The notes under the pieces: model-generated
The model's database searches: none
The model's input: the letters and a program-made list of their open reading frames with translations, nothing else
Told to the model about the DNA's origin: nothing
Made by a program: the position numbers and the translations under genes
Part shown: piece after piece, positions 18,785 to 28,139 of the stretch
How positions within the stretch are numbered: position 1 is the first letter of the stretch
Layout: each line of letters begins with the position of its first letter
Assembly: GCA_965222315.1 (NCBI GenBank)
Contig: OZ244951.1
Span: 962,407 to 1,026,406 of the forward strand
Reading direction: 5' to 3'
Source of the DNA: Alphaproteobacteria bacterium
GTDB lineage: Bacteria; Pseudomonadota; Alphaproteobacteria; Bin95
Length of the DNA: 64,000 nt

Positions 18785-20226
18785 AGACCCGCGCCAAACG
18801 CTCTCAAACAACCGCCAATCCTATTGCATTCGCCGGAAATGGCGGCCCGGCGGCCGCTGCGCCAGCGAGCGCGCCGCAACCCAAGCTGCAGGACCCGAAC
18901 CGCTTTCAGCAGGTTCACCAGAAGGTCCGGGTCTCCGGTCCTACCCGCCCGCCGCCCTCCGGCGGTGGCCCCGCGCAGAAGCGTAAGCCCTGGGTCGATC
19001 CCTCGGCGCCTGGCAAGATGGACGGTACTGATGGCGTCATCTTCAACCAGGCGTTCAATTTCCTCGATATGCGGAACTTCACGACCCCGTCGTCGAAAAA
19101 CACGACGGAGGCGAACCTGGACACCGATGCGGTCGATGCCCACAACCGGGTAAAGGGTCACTATCCGCAAATAACCTCTCCGCTCTCCGACAGCGCGATT
19201 GAGGGTGCGGTCAGCGTGTTCAAGCCATCGTCGATCAAAGGCGACATGGATTACCTGAATCAGTGGATGGACAATTTTATCGGCAAAATGTCGAAGGCCG
19301 ATGAATTTGACATTGATCCTTCGAACGCGGCCTACCGCGCGATGATCGAGAAACTGATCAAGGACAAGACCGTCGGCCCCAAAATCCTGATCCTCGCCTC
19401 CCGGCAATCGGCCTTCGCCCGTGGTGACGGCAGCAAGCGGGAGGTTTTCGTCCATTCGAAAGTGAAAGCCGCCGACCGGCGCACCACGCTGATCCACGAG
19501 CTGGTGCACTTCTACGCACACAAGACCTACCGGAAGTGGGTCGAAGCCTCGAAGGACGAGCGCCATTACAACGAGGGCCTGACCGAGTGGCTCGCGCGGA
19601 AAGTGATGACCGCCTCGGAATTGAGCGGCCGGAACAAATACCAGAACCGCGTCGATACGGTGAATAAGCAGATCGCGGCGCACATCCCGGAAGACGGAAT
19701 CGCCAGGGCCTTTTTCGGCGGGGAGGTCTGGCGCTTCGAAACCCGCAGCGACGAGGCGCGCGCGGCCTTCAAGACCGCGACGGGGATCGAGGAGGGAGCC
19801 AGCGCCGATGTGGAGCGGGAAGCGTCCCGTACCGGCGCGGGTCTGGTCCAGACCGTGGAACCGCGCAAGCACTACCGTTTCCTGAACCTGGGCTTTGCCG
19901 AGTCCCAGCCGAAAAGCGAGCATGAGGCGACCTTCAAGGGGGTAAAGGCTCAGACATTCGATAAGGATTCCTCGCTGAAATTCCGCTTTGTCGGCCATGC
20001 TTCCAGCCCCGGCAGTGAGGCCGCTAACAGGGAAGTCGCGCGCAAACGCTCGGTTGCCTTCTACCGGATGGCCCGGCGGGAAGGCGTTCCGTGGAACCGG
20101 CTGGCTGATGCCGCCCGCCCGCCGCATTTCGGCGAGAGCAAGCCCACCGTGACCGAAGAGGACGCCATCACCCGCGCCATGAACCGGCGGGTAGAGATGT
20201 TCCTGGTGAAGGGAACTGGGCCATGA
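18781..20226 (+). CDS. Putative eCIS cargo/effector. It has a disordered Pro/Gly-rich N-terminus, a central HExxH zinc-metallopeptidase-like motif (LIHELVHFYAH) and a C-terminal OmpA/MotB-like peptidoglycan-binding domain.
   Basis: HELVH motif seen directly. C-terminal ..FRFVGHASSPGSEAANREVARKRSVAFYRMARREGVPWNRLADAARPPHFGESKPTVTEEDAITRAMNRRVEMFLV matches the OmpA_C consensus (GHxD/S..G...N..LS..RA...L...G......GES.P.....NRRVE). Confidence 0.5.
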   Translation: MKTRAKRSQTTANPIAFAGNGGPAAAAPASAPQPKLQDPNRFQQVHQKVRVSGPTRPPPSGGGPAQKRKPWVDPSAPGKMDGTDGVIFNQAFNFLDMRNFTTPSSKNTTEANLDTDAVDAHNRVKGHYPQITSPLSDSAIEGAVSVFKPSSIKGDMDYLNQWMDNFIGKMSKADEFDIDPSNAAYRAMIEKLIKDKTVGPKILILASRQSAFARGDGSKREVFVHSKVKAADRRTTLIHELVHFYAHKTYRKWVEASKDERHYNEGLTEWLARKVMTASELSGRNKYQNRVDTVNKQIAAHIPEDGIARAFFGGEVWRFETRSDEARAAFKTATGIEEGASADVEREASRTGAGLVQTVEPRKHYRFLNLGFAESQPKSEHEATFKGVKAQTFDKDSSLKFRFVGHASSPGSEAANREVARKRSVAFYRMARREGVPWNRLADAARPPHFGESKPTVTEEDAITRAMNRRVEMFLVKGTGP

Positions 20227-22199
20227 GCGAGCGCGTCTTTACCGGTAACGATTTCGCCCCCGTTGCCGCCCGCAGACCGGAACCGGCGGAAAAGGTCCGC
20301 ATGGCCCTCGGCCTGCAAGCGAAGTTGCGGGTAAACGCCCCCGGCGACCACTGGGAACGGGAAGCCGACCGGATTGCCGATGCTGTCGTCGCAGAGCGAC
20401 CGGTCCCTCTCCAAAGCCCATTGCCGGTATCGCCGGCGCTCCAACGCCAGCCGGAGGAGGAAGAAGAGGAACTCCAGGCCAAGCCGGAGCCGCTACAGCG
20501 TCAGGCCGAGGAGGAGGAAGAAGAGGAATTGCTTCAGCCGAAGGCAGAGTCGCTACAGCGTCAGGCGGAGGAGGAGGAGGAAGAAGAAGAGATGCTCCAA
20601 CCCAAAGCCGGTGGCATCGCTCATGCTGAGTCCACGCCTGGCCCCGGTTTCGCAGCCGCGCTGGCCAGTGAAAGCCAAAGCGGCCAGGGCATCGACCATG
20701 CGACCCGCGCTGCCTTCGAGCCCCGCTTCGGCCGCGACCTCTCCTCGGTGCGATTGCACACGGGCGCGAGAGCCGAGCACCTCAGCCGTCAGATCAACGC
20801 GCGGGCCTTCACGCATCGCAACCACATCTATTTTGCCAACGGCCAGTTGGATACCCAAAGCCGTGAAGGCCGCCGTCTCCTCGCCCATGAGATCACCCAC
20901 ACCTTGCAACAGGGCGAGGACAGAGGCGATCTGGCGCGCGAGCCGCTACAGCGTCAAACCGGCCCGGGAACGCCTGCGGCTGCGCCCGCTCCCGGTGCCG
21001 CCCCTGGACCCGCCGCAGCACCGGCGGCTCCGACGCGACCGACTTCCGTCACGTTTAACTTTGATCCGACCATCGCCATTCCGCAAACACCGGGCGGGCT
21101 CACAGGCATGACCGCGAGCACGAACGGCACCAATGTCACTTGGTCGATCGCGGCTCATACCGCAGCCTCTGTAGCCGCGGGCACAACCATAAACGCTTCT
21201 ACGGGCGCTATCGCGCTCGATGCCGGACAGGTTGGGGGCCAGCTTCGGGTGACGGCAACCAATTCCGCAGGTTTTGCATTCAGCGATTTCCGGGTCGCCT
21301 CCACACCCACCGGCATCGATGCAACCTCGGTCTTGTCTGCTCTCAGCGGGACATCCAGCCCCTATGGCGCTGCCTTCCAGCACACCTTCACTAGCGCCAA
21401 TGGGTCTGCGACCGTGCTAGAGCAGCTGCGTATTGGCGAGCGGTTTCCGACAGCACCGACGCCGGCGGCTGCGACTCACCGTTTCGTCCCGCCGGCTTGG
21501 CCGTTTCACCCGCCGAGCTTCACCTTGAGCACTGGCACGCTTGCCAACAATGCTGCCGGCGCGTTCGTGCTCGACGCTAACGGGGAGTTCAATGCGCCGC
21601 CCGCAGGCTCGACCCTGATCCGGGGGGACAATGTCTCGGTTCCGCACGCCGCCATTGATGCAGGCGATCATGTGCAGAGCCATACGACGCCAGCGCCCAC
21701 GAACCGACTGCCGGTGACATTCTCGCTGGACCAGCAGTTCCACTTCTTCAATCCGCGCGCCGCTTCCGGCAGCCGCTGGACGCATTTCACTACGACGAAC
21801 CACAGCCGCACGCTCAGACGTAGCGGCACAGATCTGGAGGTGGTGACGACGGTCAACGGTGAGGAGCATGTGGACGATTACCAAGGCCCGCCCGCGTTCA
21901 CGAACCTCACTGCATCGCCCGTCAACACGCCGAAAAGCCGGCCGGCCCCGCCAGGCGGAGGAGCAGCCCCAGCTGCACGGACGGTTGCCCTCAGCGTCGA
22001 GCAAATCGGCGACCTGCCGGCTGGCCAAAGTGTGAGGTGGCGCTTCATCGGCAACCGGCGCGGCTGCACCCTCACACCCGATCCGAGCGACGCCACCCAG
22101 GCTGAGTTGACCGTCGGCACGACGGCTGGAACCGTTACAATCGAAGTATCGTTGAATACTGGCGGTAATGCCGACCGCGTTCAGGTGAGGATCGTTTGA
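20223..22199 (+). CDS. DUF4157-domain putative eCIS toxin/effector (658 aa) with an inserted Glu-rich tandem repeat and a C-terminal beta-rich domain of unknown function.
   Basis: DUF4157 hallmarks: GDHWEREADRIADAVV ... FEPRFGRDLSSVRLHTGARAEHLSRQINARAFTHRNHIYFANGQ...GRRLLAHEITHTLQQG (HExxH). DUF4157 is known to mark eCIS-associated toxin genes. Confidence 0.7.
   Translation: MSERVFTGNDFAPVAARRPEPAEKVRMALGLQAKLRVNAPGDHWEREADRIADAVVAERPVPLQSPLPVSPALQRQPEEEEEELQAKPEPLQRQAEEEEEEELLQPKAESLQRQAEEEEEEEEMLQPKAGGIAHAESTPGPGFAAALASESQSGQGIDHATRAAFEPRFGRDLSSVRLHTGARAEHLSRQINARAFTHRNHIYFANGQLDTQSREGRRLLAHEITHTLQQGEDRGDLAREPLQRQTGPGTPAAAPAPGAAPGPAAAPAAPTRPTSVTFNFDPTIAIPQTPGGLTGMTASTNGTNVTWSIAAHTAASVAAGTTINASTGAIALDAGQVGGQLRVTATNSAGFAFSDFRVASTPTGIDATSVLSALSGTSSPYGAAFQHTFTSANGSATVLEQLRIGERFPTAPTPAAATHRFVPPAWPFHPPSFTLSTGTLANNAAGAFVLDANGEFNAPPAGSTLIRGDNVSVPHAAIDAGDHVQSHTTPAPTNRLPVTFSLDQQFHFFNPRAASGSRWTHFTTTNHSRTLRRSGTDLEVVTTVNGEEHVDDYQGPPAFTNLTASPVNTPKSRPAPPGGGAAPAARTVALSVEQIGDLPAGQSVRWRFIGNRRGCTLTPDPSDATQAELTVGTTAGTVTIEVSLNTGGNADRVQVRIV
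20439..20604 (+). repeat. Three in-frame ~57-60 nt tandem repeats encoding LQRQ(P/A)EEEEEEE(L)LQ(A/P)K(P/A)E(P/S) inside the DUF4157 gene.
   Basis: Direct repeat visible in both the DNA and the protein (PEEEEEELQAKPEPLQRQAEEEEEEELLQPKAESLQRQAEEEEEEEEMLQPKA). Confidence 0.8.
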
Positions 22200-22855
22200 T
22201 GACCGGCTATCCCCGCTCCCCCCGTCTGACCCGCGCGGGCATCGTCCTGATCGGCCCGGAAAATGGCGCGGTCGAGCGGATCATCACGCTGCAATACACG
22301 CCCGACTCGCTCTCCCGCTCGCTGGAAGTGCAGGGCGTCGCCGATGAGCCGGACCGCTCCCAGCCGCTGCGTCTGACCGGACCTGCTGTTGAGACCATCA
22401 CGCTGGAGGCGGAACTGGACGCCACCGACCAGCTAGAATTCCCCGACCAGAACGCGGATGCGGCGGAGGTTGGGCTCTTCCCGATCCTCTCCGCGCTGGA
22501 AACAATGATCCATCCGACCGTGGCCCAGTTGGAACGCCAGAACCAACAAGCGGGCGCGGGTTCTTTCAGCATCACACCTGCGGAAACGTCGCTCGCTCTC
22601 TTCATCTGGAGCAAGAACCGGATAGCGCCGGTTCGCCTTACCAATCTTTCGATCACGGAGGAGTTTTTCGACCCCGCCCTGAACCCGATCCGGGCCAAGG
22701 TCAGCCTGACGTTGCGCGTGTTGAGCGTCGATGATCTGGGCTTCCGCCACCGCGGCGCGGGCCTCTATCTCTCCTACCTCCAAGCCAAAGAGCAGCTAGC
22801 TGCCCGCGCGCAAGGCGGCGAACTCTCCGCGTTTGGCATTGCCGGATTGCCCTGA
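22196..22855 (+). CDS. Second tube-family-like protein (219 aa; possible tube initiator, Afp5/Afp7 analog).
   Basis: ITLQYTPDSLSRSL.. and C-terminal KVSLTLRVLS strands resemble the gp19/Hcp-like tube fold. It sits just upstream of the LysM and spike genes. Weak, motif-level evidence only. Confidence 0.35.
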   Translation: MMTGYPRSPRLTRAGIVLIGPENGAVERIITLQYTPDSLSRSLEVQGVADEPDRSQPLRLTGPAVETITLEAELDATDQLEFPDQNADAAEVGLFPILSALETMIHPTVAQLERQNQQAGAGSFSITPAETSLALFIWSKNRIAPVRLTNLSITEEFFDPALNPIRAKVSLTLRVLSVDDLGFRHRGAGLYLSYLQAKEQLAARAQGGELSAFGIAGLP

Positions 22856-22886
22856 GCCATGAAGAACAAGCCTTGAGGGACGAGCC

Positions 22887-23246
22887 ATGAAGAACCCGAT
22901 CCAAGCCCTATTCGAAGCCGGCATCGTTGAGCGAACGGATTTCCCGGCCGACAGCCGCTACCACGGCATCCCCACTACCTCCATCGAGGGAAGCGCCGCC
23001 GGCGCCGTCACCTACCTGAAGCGCCGTTTCGCGCCCGCGCCGGAGGCGTTTGCCACGCTCCGCTATCGCCGCGTGACGCAGGGGGATCGCCTCGACCAGA
23101 TCGCCGCTGCCGAAGTCGGTAATCCGGAGGCTTTCTGGATGCTCGCGGATGCGAACGGCGTCATTTGGGCGGAAGAATTGGAGGAGCCTGGCAAGACGCT
23201 ACGCCTGACCCTCCCGGCCGGCGTTCCCGGGGCGGAAGAGGACTAG
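22887..23246 (+). CDS. LysM-like tail protein (P2 gpX-like, 119 aa).
   Basis: VTQGDRLDQIAAAEVGNPEAFWMLADANGV matches the LysM/tail-X pattern. Conserved position before the gpD-like hub. Confidence 0.55.
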   Translation: MKNPIQALFEAGIVERTDFPADSRYHGIPTTSIEGSAAGAVTYLKRRFAPAPEAFATLRYRRVTQGDRLDQIAAAEVGNPEAFWMLADANGVIWAEELEEPGKTLRLTLPAGVPGAEED

Positions 23247-23260
23247 AGACAGGCGTAACC

Positions 23261-24388
23261 ATGATCAAAACGATCGACCTCTCGCTGATGTTCGGGCCCG
23301 GCATTCCGGTTGCCGCCCCGCGCGAGGTTGTGGAAGCGTTGCAGTCAGTCTCAATCCAAGACAATGTGGGCGACACGCCCAGCGGCTTCGATCTGGTGTT
23401 CTCGCTGGAGAAGGACTCTCCACTCAATACCGTGTTCCTGTTGGCGGGCGGCGGCGCTCTGCCGATCCTGCGGGTCGCCCTGATCGCGACCATTAGCGGC
23501 CAGGCCACAACCTTAATCAACGGCGTCGTGACCCGTACCGAGATGACGCCCGGCAAAGGCAGTCAGCCCGCGACGCTGAAGGTGATGGGCCGCGACCTGA
23601 CGGCGACCATGGAAATCATCGATTTCTCCGGCATTCCTTATGTCGGCATGCCGCCCTTTGCCCGCGTCGCCTTGATCCTAGCGAAATACGCCTGGCTTGG
23701 CGTGATCCCGCAGGTGATTCCCTCTGCCGAAGGGCCGCCTTTGCCGACCGACCGCATTCCGCGGCATCAGGATTCCGACCTCGCCTATATCCGCCGCCTG
23801 GCTGACGAGGCCGGCTATACCTTCTTCATGAAGCCGGGACCGGCCCCGGCAACCAGCTTTGCCTATTGGGGGCCGGAAGTCCGGGTGGGGCAGGTGCAAC
23901 CGGCGCTGACGGTGGAGAGCGGCGTCACGACCAATGTCGAGGAACTGAGCTTCACCTTCGACAAGGACGGGACGGAGATACCCATCGTCTACATCCACAA
24001 TAAAGAGACCAAGGCGCCGATACCGATCCCCATCCCAAGCGCCATCCCGTTCCAGCCGCCCCTGGGCGCCGTCCCGCCCATTCCGCCGAAGATCACGCGG
24101 CTGACCAACACGGCCCAATTGAACCCGTTCGAGGCCATCGTCCGTGGGTTCGCTTATGCTGCGCGCCATTCCGATGCGGTGACCGGCACCGGGACGCTGG
24201 ATGTGCTTCGCTACGGGCGGCCGCTGAAGGCGCGCGGGCTCGTCGGCGTGCGCGGCGCGGGGCATGCCTTCGATGGCGTCCATTATGTCGAGTCCGTGCG
24301 GCACGAGTTGCAGCGCGGCTCCTACAAGCAGTCGTTCACGCTCAAGCGGTCCGGCCTTCTCCCCACGCAATCGGCGATACCGGCATGA
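23261..24388 (+). CDS. Phage late-control gpD-like baseplate hub protein (VgrG-N/gp27-like, 375 aa). Start at ATG 23261, not the track's 23165.
   Basis: MIKTIDLSLMFGPGIPVAAPREVVEALQSVSIQDNVGDTPSGFDLVFSLEK is characteristic of gpD/Afp8 N-termini. Confidence 0.7.
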   Translation: MIKTIDLSLMFGPGIPVAAPREVVEALQSVSIQDNVGDTPSGFDLVFSLEKDSPLNTVFLLAGGGALPILRVALIATISGQATTLINGVVTRTEMTPGKGSQPATLKVMGRDLTATMEIIDFSGIPYVGMPPFARVALILAKYAWLGVIPQVIPSAEGPPLPTDRIPRHQDSDLAYIRRLADEAGYTFFMKPGPAPATSFAYWGPEVRVGQVQPALTVESGVTTNVEELSFTFDKDGTEIPIVYIHNKETKAPIPIPIPSAIPFQPPLGAVPPIPPKITRLTNTAQLNPFEAIVRGFAYAARHSDAVTGTGTLDVLRYGRPLKARGLVGVRGAGHAFDGVHYVESVRHELQRGSYKQSFTLKRSGLLPTQSAIPA

Positions 24389-24894
24389 CACAGACCTACT
24401 ACGGCAAATATCGCGGCACGGTGGTGAACAATGTGGATCCGATGCTCATTGGCCGGGTGCAGGCGATTGTCCCGGCGGTTTCCTCCGTGGCGCTGACAAG
24501 CTGGGCCATGCCATGCTTCCCGATGAGCGGTATCCAGACCGGCTCGCTAGCCGTGCCGCCCATCGGGGCCGGTGTCTGGGTCGAGTTCGAAGGCGGCGAC
24601 CCGGACTATCCGATCTGGAGCGGCTGTTTCTACGGTAGCGCTGCGGAGGTCCCTGCGCTGCACCAGCTAACCCCGCCCGGCGTCTCCGCCGTCACCATGC
24701 AGACGATGCTGCAAAACGGCATCACGGTAACAGACCTGCCCGGCCCGACCGGCGGCATTGTCCTGAAGACGACGGCGGGCGCATCGCTGATCGTGAATGA
24801 CACCGGCATCTATATTTCCAATGGCCGCGGCGCGATGATCACGCTCGTCGGGCCGACCGTGACCGTGAACAACGGCGCGCTCACGGTGATTTAG
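24385..24894 (+). CDS. gpV/gp5-like baseplate spike (OB-fold + beta-helix tip, 169 aa).
   Basis: YRGTVVNNVDPMLIGRVQAIVP..GVWVEFEGGDPDYPIW is the conserved gpV/VgrG OB-domain signature. Confidence 0.75.
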   Translation: MTQTYYGKYRGTVVNNVDPMLIGRVQAIVPAVSSVALTSWAMPCFPMSGIQTGSLAVPPIGAGVWVEFEGGDPDYPIWSGCFYGSAAEVPALHQLTPPGVSAVTMQTMLQNGITVTDLPGPTGGIVLKTTAGASLIVNDTGIYISNGRGAMITLVGPTVTVNNGALTVI

Positions 24895-24914
24895 GAAGGG
24901 AGGCGCGAGACACC

Positions 24915-25235
24915 ATGCCCGGACCAATCCTGCATCTCGGCGCGACGCTTACCTGCAGCCATGGCGGCCAGGCACTGCCAGCCGCACCGTTCCCTCGGGT
25001 GACCGTTTCCGGCCAGCCGGTGGTGACCCAGACCTCGCCCTGGATGATAGCCGGGTGTCCGTTCGTGCCGACCGCTGGCAATGGGCCATGCGTGACCGGC
25101 ACGTTCGTGACGGCAGCGACCAGAGTGTTCGCAGGCGGCCAGCCGGTCGTTCTGATGGACAGCGTCAGCACCTGCATTCCTACCGGTACGCCAATGATCC
25201 CAGTGCAGGCGCAAACCCGCGTGATCGCGACCTGA
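24915..25235 (+). CDS. PAAR-repeat spike-tip protein (106 aa).
   Basis: Two PAAR-like motifs (GQPVVTQTSPWM.., GQPVVLMDSVSTCIPTG). Size and position after the spike gene. Confidence 0.7.
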   Translation: MPGPILHLGATLTCSHGGQALPAAPFPRVTVSGQPVVTQTSPWMIAGCPFVPTAGNGPCVTGTFVTAATRVFAGGQPVVLMDSVSTCIPTGTPMIPVQAQTRVIAT

Positions 25236-25254
25236 CGGGAGGCTCTGGACAGCC

Positions 25255-25617
25255 ATGCAGCTCGACTTCCCCTATCACTTCGACGGACGCAACCGGACCG
25301 CCGCGACCAGCGAGGCGGATCATATCCGGGACATGATCGAGCAAATCCTGTTCACCACGCCGGGTGAGCGGGTGAACCGGCCGGATTTCGGGGCGGGCGT
25401 GCTGCAATTGGTCTTTGGCCCGGCAAGCCCCGAAGCAGCCGCCACCGCTGAGTTGATGATTACCGGCGCGCTGCAACAATATCTCGGCCGCCGCATCACA
25501 CTCGCCGGGGTATCGACCGATGCGGACGACTCGACCCTGCGCATCCGCATCGCCTACCAGTTGAACAGCACCGGCGCGCAGGTGGTTGAAGAATTTGAGC
25601 GGGGGCTTGGCCCATGA
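25255..25617 (+). CDS. gp25/GPW-like baseplate wedge protein (120 aa).
   Basis: DHIRDMIEQILFTTPGERVNRPDFGAGV matches the conserved gp25 lysozyme-like core. Confidence 0.75.
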   Translation: MQLDFPYHFDGRNRTAATSEADHIRDMIEQILFTTPGERVNRPDFGAGVLQLVFGPASPEAAATAELMITGALQQYLGRRITLAGVSTDADDSTLRIRIAYQLNSTGAQVVEEFERGLGP

Positions 25618-28139
25618 TCTACCATTGCTGCGACCCGCGCCGCCGCGAACTCGTGCTTGCGCATCCGACGCTGAACGGCATCGATTTTATCGAAGTGCTG
25701 GACAATGAAGCCCCGCCACTGACGCCACGCCAGCGCACGCTGCTCGTGCGTTTCCTGAAGCCTGCGCCTGTACTGACCACCGATAATTTTGAGATCGAAG
25801 GCGGCGAGCGCATCGCTGACGTAGGGGTGGAGTGGGTCTCCCCGGCAGACGTGCCGGACCTTGCGGTGATCGATCCGATTGAGGCGGGACTGCCCGCCTA
25901 TCTGACCGGCCTGCCGCAACCGGACCATGTCGTCGCGGTCAGGACCAGTTCGAGCGGCGATTACTCCATCTACCGCCTGCGCCTGGTGGCGGCCCCCGGT
26001 TCGCTCAGCCCGCCGAATGGCATCGACCGGCTGCTGGCGGAGATCGCGTTCTCGTTCAAGGTCGAATGCCCGACCGACTTCGATTGCAAGCCCGCGCTCG
26101 ACTGTCCGCCGGAACTGGAAGAAACGCCGGCGCTTTCCTACCTCGCGAAGGACTATCAGAGCTTCCGCCGTTTGATGCTGGGCCGGATGGCGCAACTCAT
26201 GCCCGACTGGCGGGAGCGCAGTCCCGCAGACCTGGGCGTCACCATGGTCGAGGCGCTGGCCTATACCGCCGACCGCCTCAGCTATGCCCAGGATGCGGTC
26301 GCGACCGAGGCTTATCTCGCCACCGCCCGGCGGCGCTCCTCAGTCCGGCGGCATGCGCGGCTGGTCGACTACTACATGCACGATGGCGGCAACGCACGCG
26401 CCTGGGTGCAAGTGCGGACCTCCCTGAACGGCACAAGCATCCAGGCTGGGCGCGAGCGCTTCCTGACCCAGGTCACCGGTTTCGACGCCCAGATTCCCTT
26501 GGCGGAAGAAGACGACGCCCTGAACCGCTCGCCCGTGGTGTTCGAGCCGCTCTACGACACGGTCCTCTGGGTCGCGCACAATCAGATCTTTTTCTACGAC
26601 TGGGGTGATGAGGAATGCTGCCTGCCCGCAGTGGCAACGCGGGCGACCTTGGCGGGCAACCTCTCGAACCTGGCCATTGGCGACACCCTGATCTTCGAGG
26701 AGCGGATAGCCCCCCATACCGGTCTCGCCGCCGATGCCGATCCGAACCACCGCCACGCCGTGCAGCTTTGCGCGGTCGAAAGTGGCCTGACCGATGAACT
26801 GACCGGCGCGGCCATCACCGAAATCCGCTGGGCGGAGGAAGACGCGCTTCCGTTCCCGCTCTGCATTTCCGCCCGTGCTGACGAGACCGCGGGCGGCGGC
26901 CTGATCGAGAATGTTTCGCACGCCCTCGGCAATATCGTGCTGGTGGACCATGGCCGCAGCATCGCGGACGAGGACCTGGGGGCGGTGCCGCAGCCGCACT
27001 TGTACCTAGTGCCTCAGCCTGCCAATGTGGCCTGTGACCGGCAGGAGCCGCAGGCTGTGCCGCCGCGTTTCCGCCCGCTCCTGGCGGAAGGGCCGGTTAC
27101 CCAGGCAGAGCCATGGCCCACGCTGAATTCGCCTGCCTCCGCCTTCGCCGCGATCCGCCAGACGATGGACGCACGCCGCCCGGCAGTGACGCTTGCCGGT
27201 ACGACGGCCATCGGCACCGATCCGTGGGATGCGCGGCGCGACCTGCTGGGCACCGCAGCCGACGACCGCTACTTCGTGGTTGAGACGGAGCGCGACGGCA
27301 GCGCCCGCCTGCGCTTCGGCGATGACCGTAACGGCCTCCGCCCCAATTCCGGCACGGCGTTCCTCGCAAGCTACCGGGTTGGCAATGGCGTCGAAGGCAA
27401 TGTCGGCGCGGACGCGATCCGCCATGCCATCTCCGACCAGGGCGGCATCCTCGCAGTGCGCAATCCGCTGCCGGGCCTGGGCGGCATAGAACCGGAAAGC
27501 ATGCAGGCGGTGCGGGAGGCCGCGCCCTATGCCTACCGGACCCAGGAACGCGCCGTAACGCCTGCTGACTATGAGGAAGTGGCGAAGCGCTTCCCGGATG
27601 TGCAGCGCGCTGCCTGCACCTTCCGCTTTAACGGCCATGGCCACACGGTGTTCCTGACGGTGGACCGCTTTGGCGGCCGCCCGATCACGGCGGAGTTCGA
27701 AGCCGATCTGATCGTGTTCCTCGACCGGTTCCGCATGGCCGGTTATGACCTGGAAATCGATGCGCCGCGCTACGTCGCGCTGGAACTCGACCTGTTCGTC
27801 TGCGTTTGTCCGGACCACTTCCGCGCGCAAGTGCGCGAGGAGGTGTTGCGCGTGCTCGGGACGGGGCGCACTGCGGACGGCTCAACGGGCTTCTTCCATC
27901 CGGATAGTTTCAGCTTCGGCGATCCGGTTTACCTGAGCGCCATCTACGCCGCCGTCATGGATGTTGAGGGCGTCACCTCGGTCGAGGCAACGCTGTTCCG
28001 CCGCCGCGGGCGGCCCGATCCGGTTCCCTTGGAGGACGGCGTGATCGAGATGGGGCGGCTCGAAATCGCCCAGCTCGAGAACAACCCGAACTTCCCAGAG
28101 CGCGGCGCGCTCCGGCTGGAGATGGGAGGCGGCAAATGA
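25614..28139 (+). CDS. Baseplate J-like protein (gp6/Afp11 analog, 841 aa).
   Basis: VTPADYEEVAKRFPDVQRAAC is the typical baseplate-J C-terminal signature. Size and position are consistent. Confidence 0.7.
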   Translation: MIYHCCDPRRRELVLAHPTLNGIDFIEVLDNEAPPLTPRQRTLLVRFLKPAPVLTTDNFEIEGGERIADVGVEWVSPADVPDLAVIDPIEAGLPAYLTGLPQPDHVVAVRTSSSGDYSIYRLRLVAAPGSLSPPNGIDRLLAEIAFSFKVECPTDFDCKPALDCPPELEETPALSYLAKDYQSFRRLMLGRMAQLMPDWRERSPADLGVTMVEALAYTADRLSYAQDAVATEAYLATARRRSSVRRHARLVDYYMHDGGNARAWVQVRTSLNGTSIQAGRERFLTQVTGFDAQIPLAEEDDALNRSPVVFEPLYDTVLWVAHNQIFFYDWGDEECCLPAVATRATLAGNLSNLAIGDTLIFEERIAPHTGLAADADPNHRHAVQLCAVESGLTDELTGAAITEIRWAEEDALPFPLCISARADETAGGGLIENVSHALGNIVLVDHGRSIADEDLGAVPQPHLYLVPQPANVACDRQEPQAVPPRFRPLLAEGPVTQAEPWPTLNSPASAFAAIRQTMDARRPAVTLAGTTAIGTDPWDARRDLLGTAADDRYFVVETERDGSARLRFGDDRNGLRPNSGTAFLASYRVGNGVEGNVGADAIRHAISDQGGILAVRNPLPGLGGIEPESMQAVREAAPYAYRTQERAVTPADYEEVAKRFPDVQRAACTFRFNGHGHTVFLTVDRFGGRPITAEFEADLIVFLDRFRMAGYDLEIDAPRYVALELDLFVCVCPDHFRAQVREEVLRVLGTGRTADGSTGFFHPDSFSFGDPVYLSAIYAAVMDVEGVTSVEATLFRRRGRPDPVPLEDGVIEMGRLEIAQLENNPNFPERGALRLEMGGGK

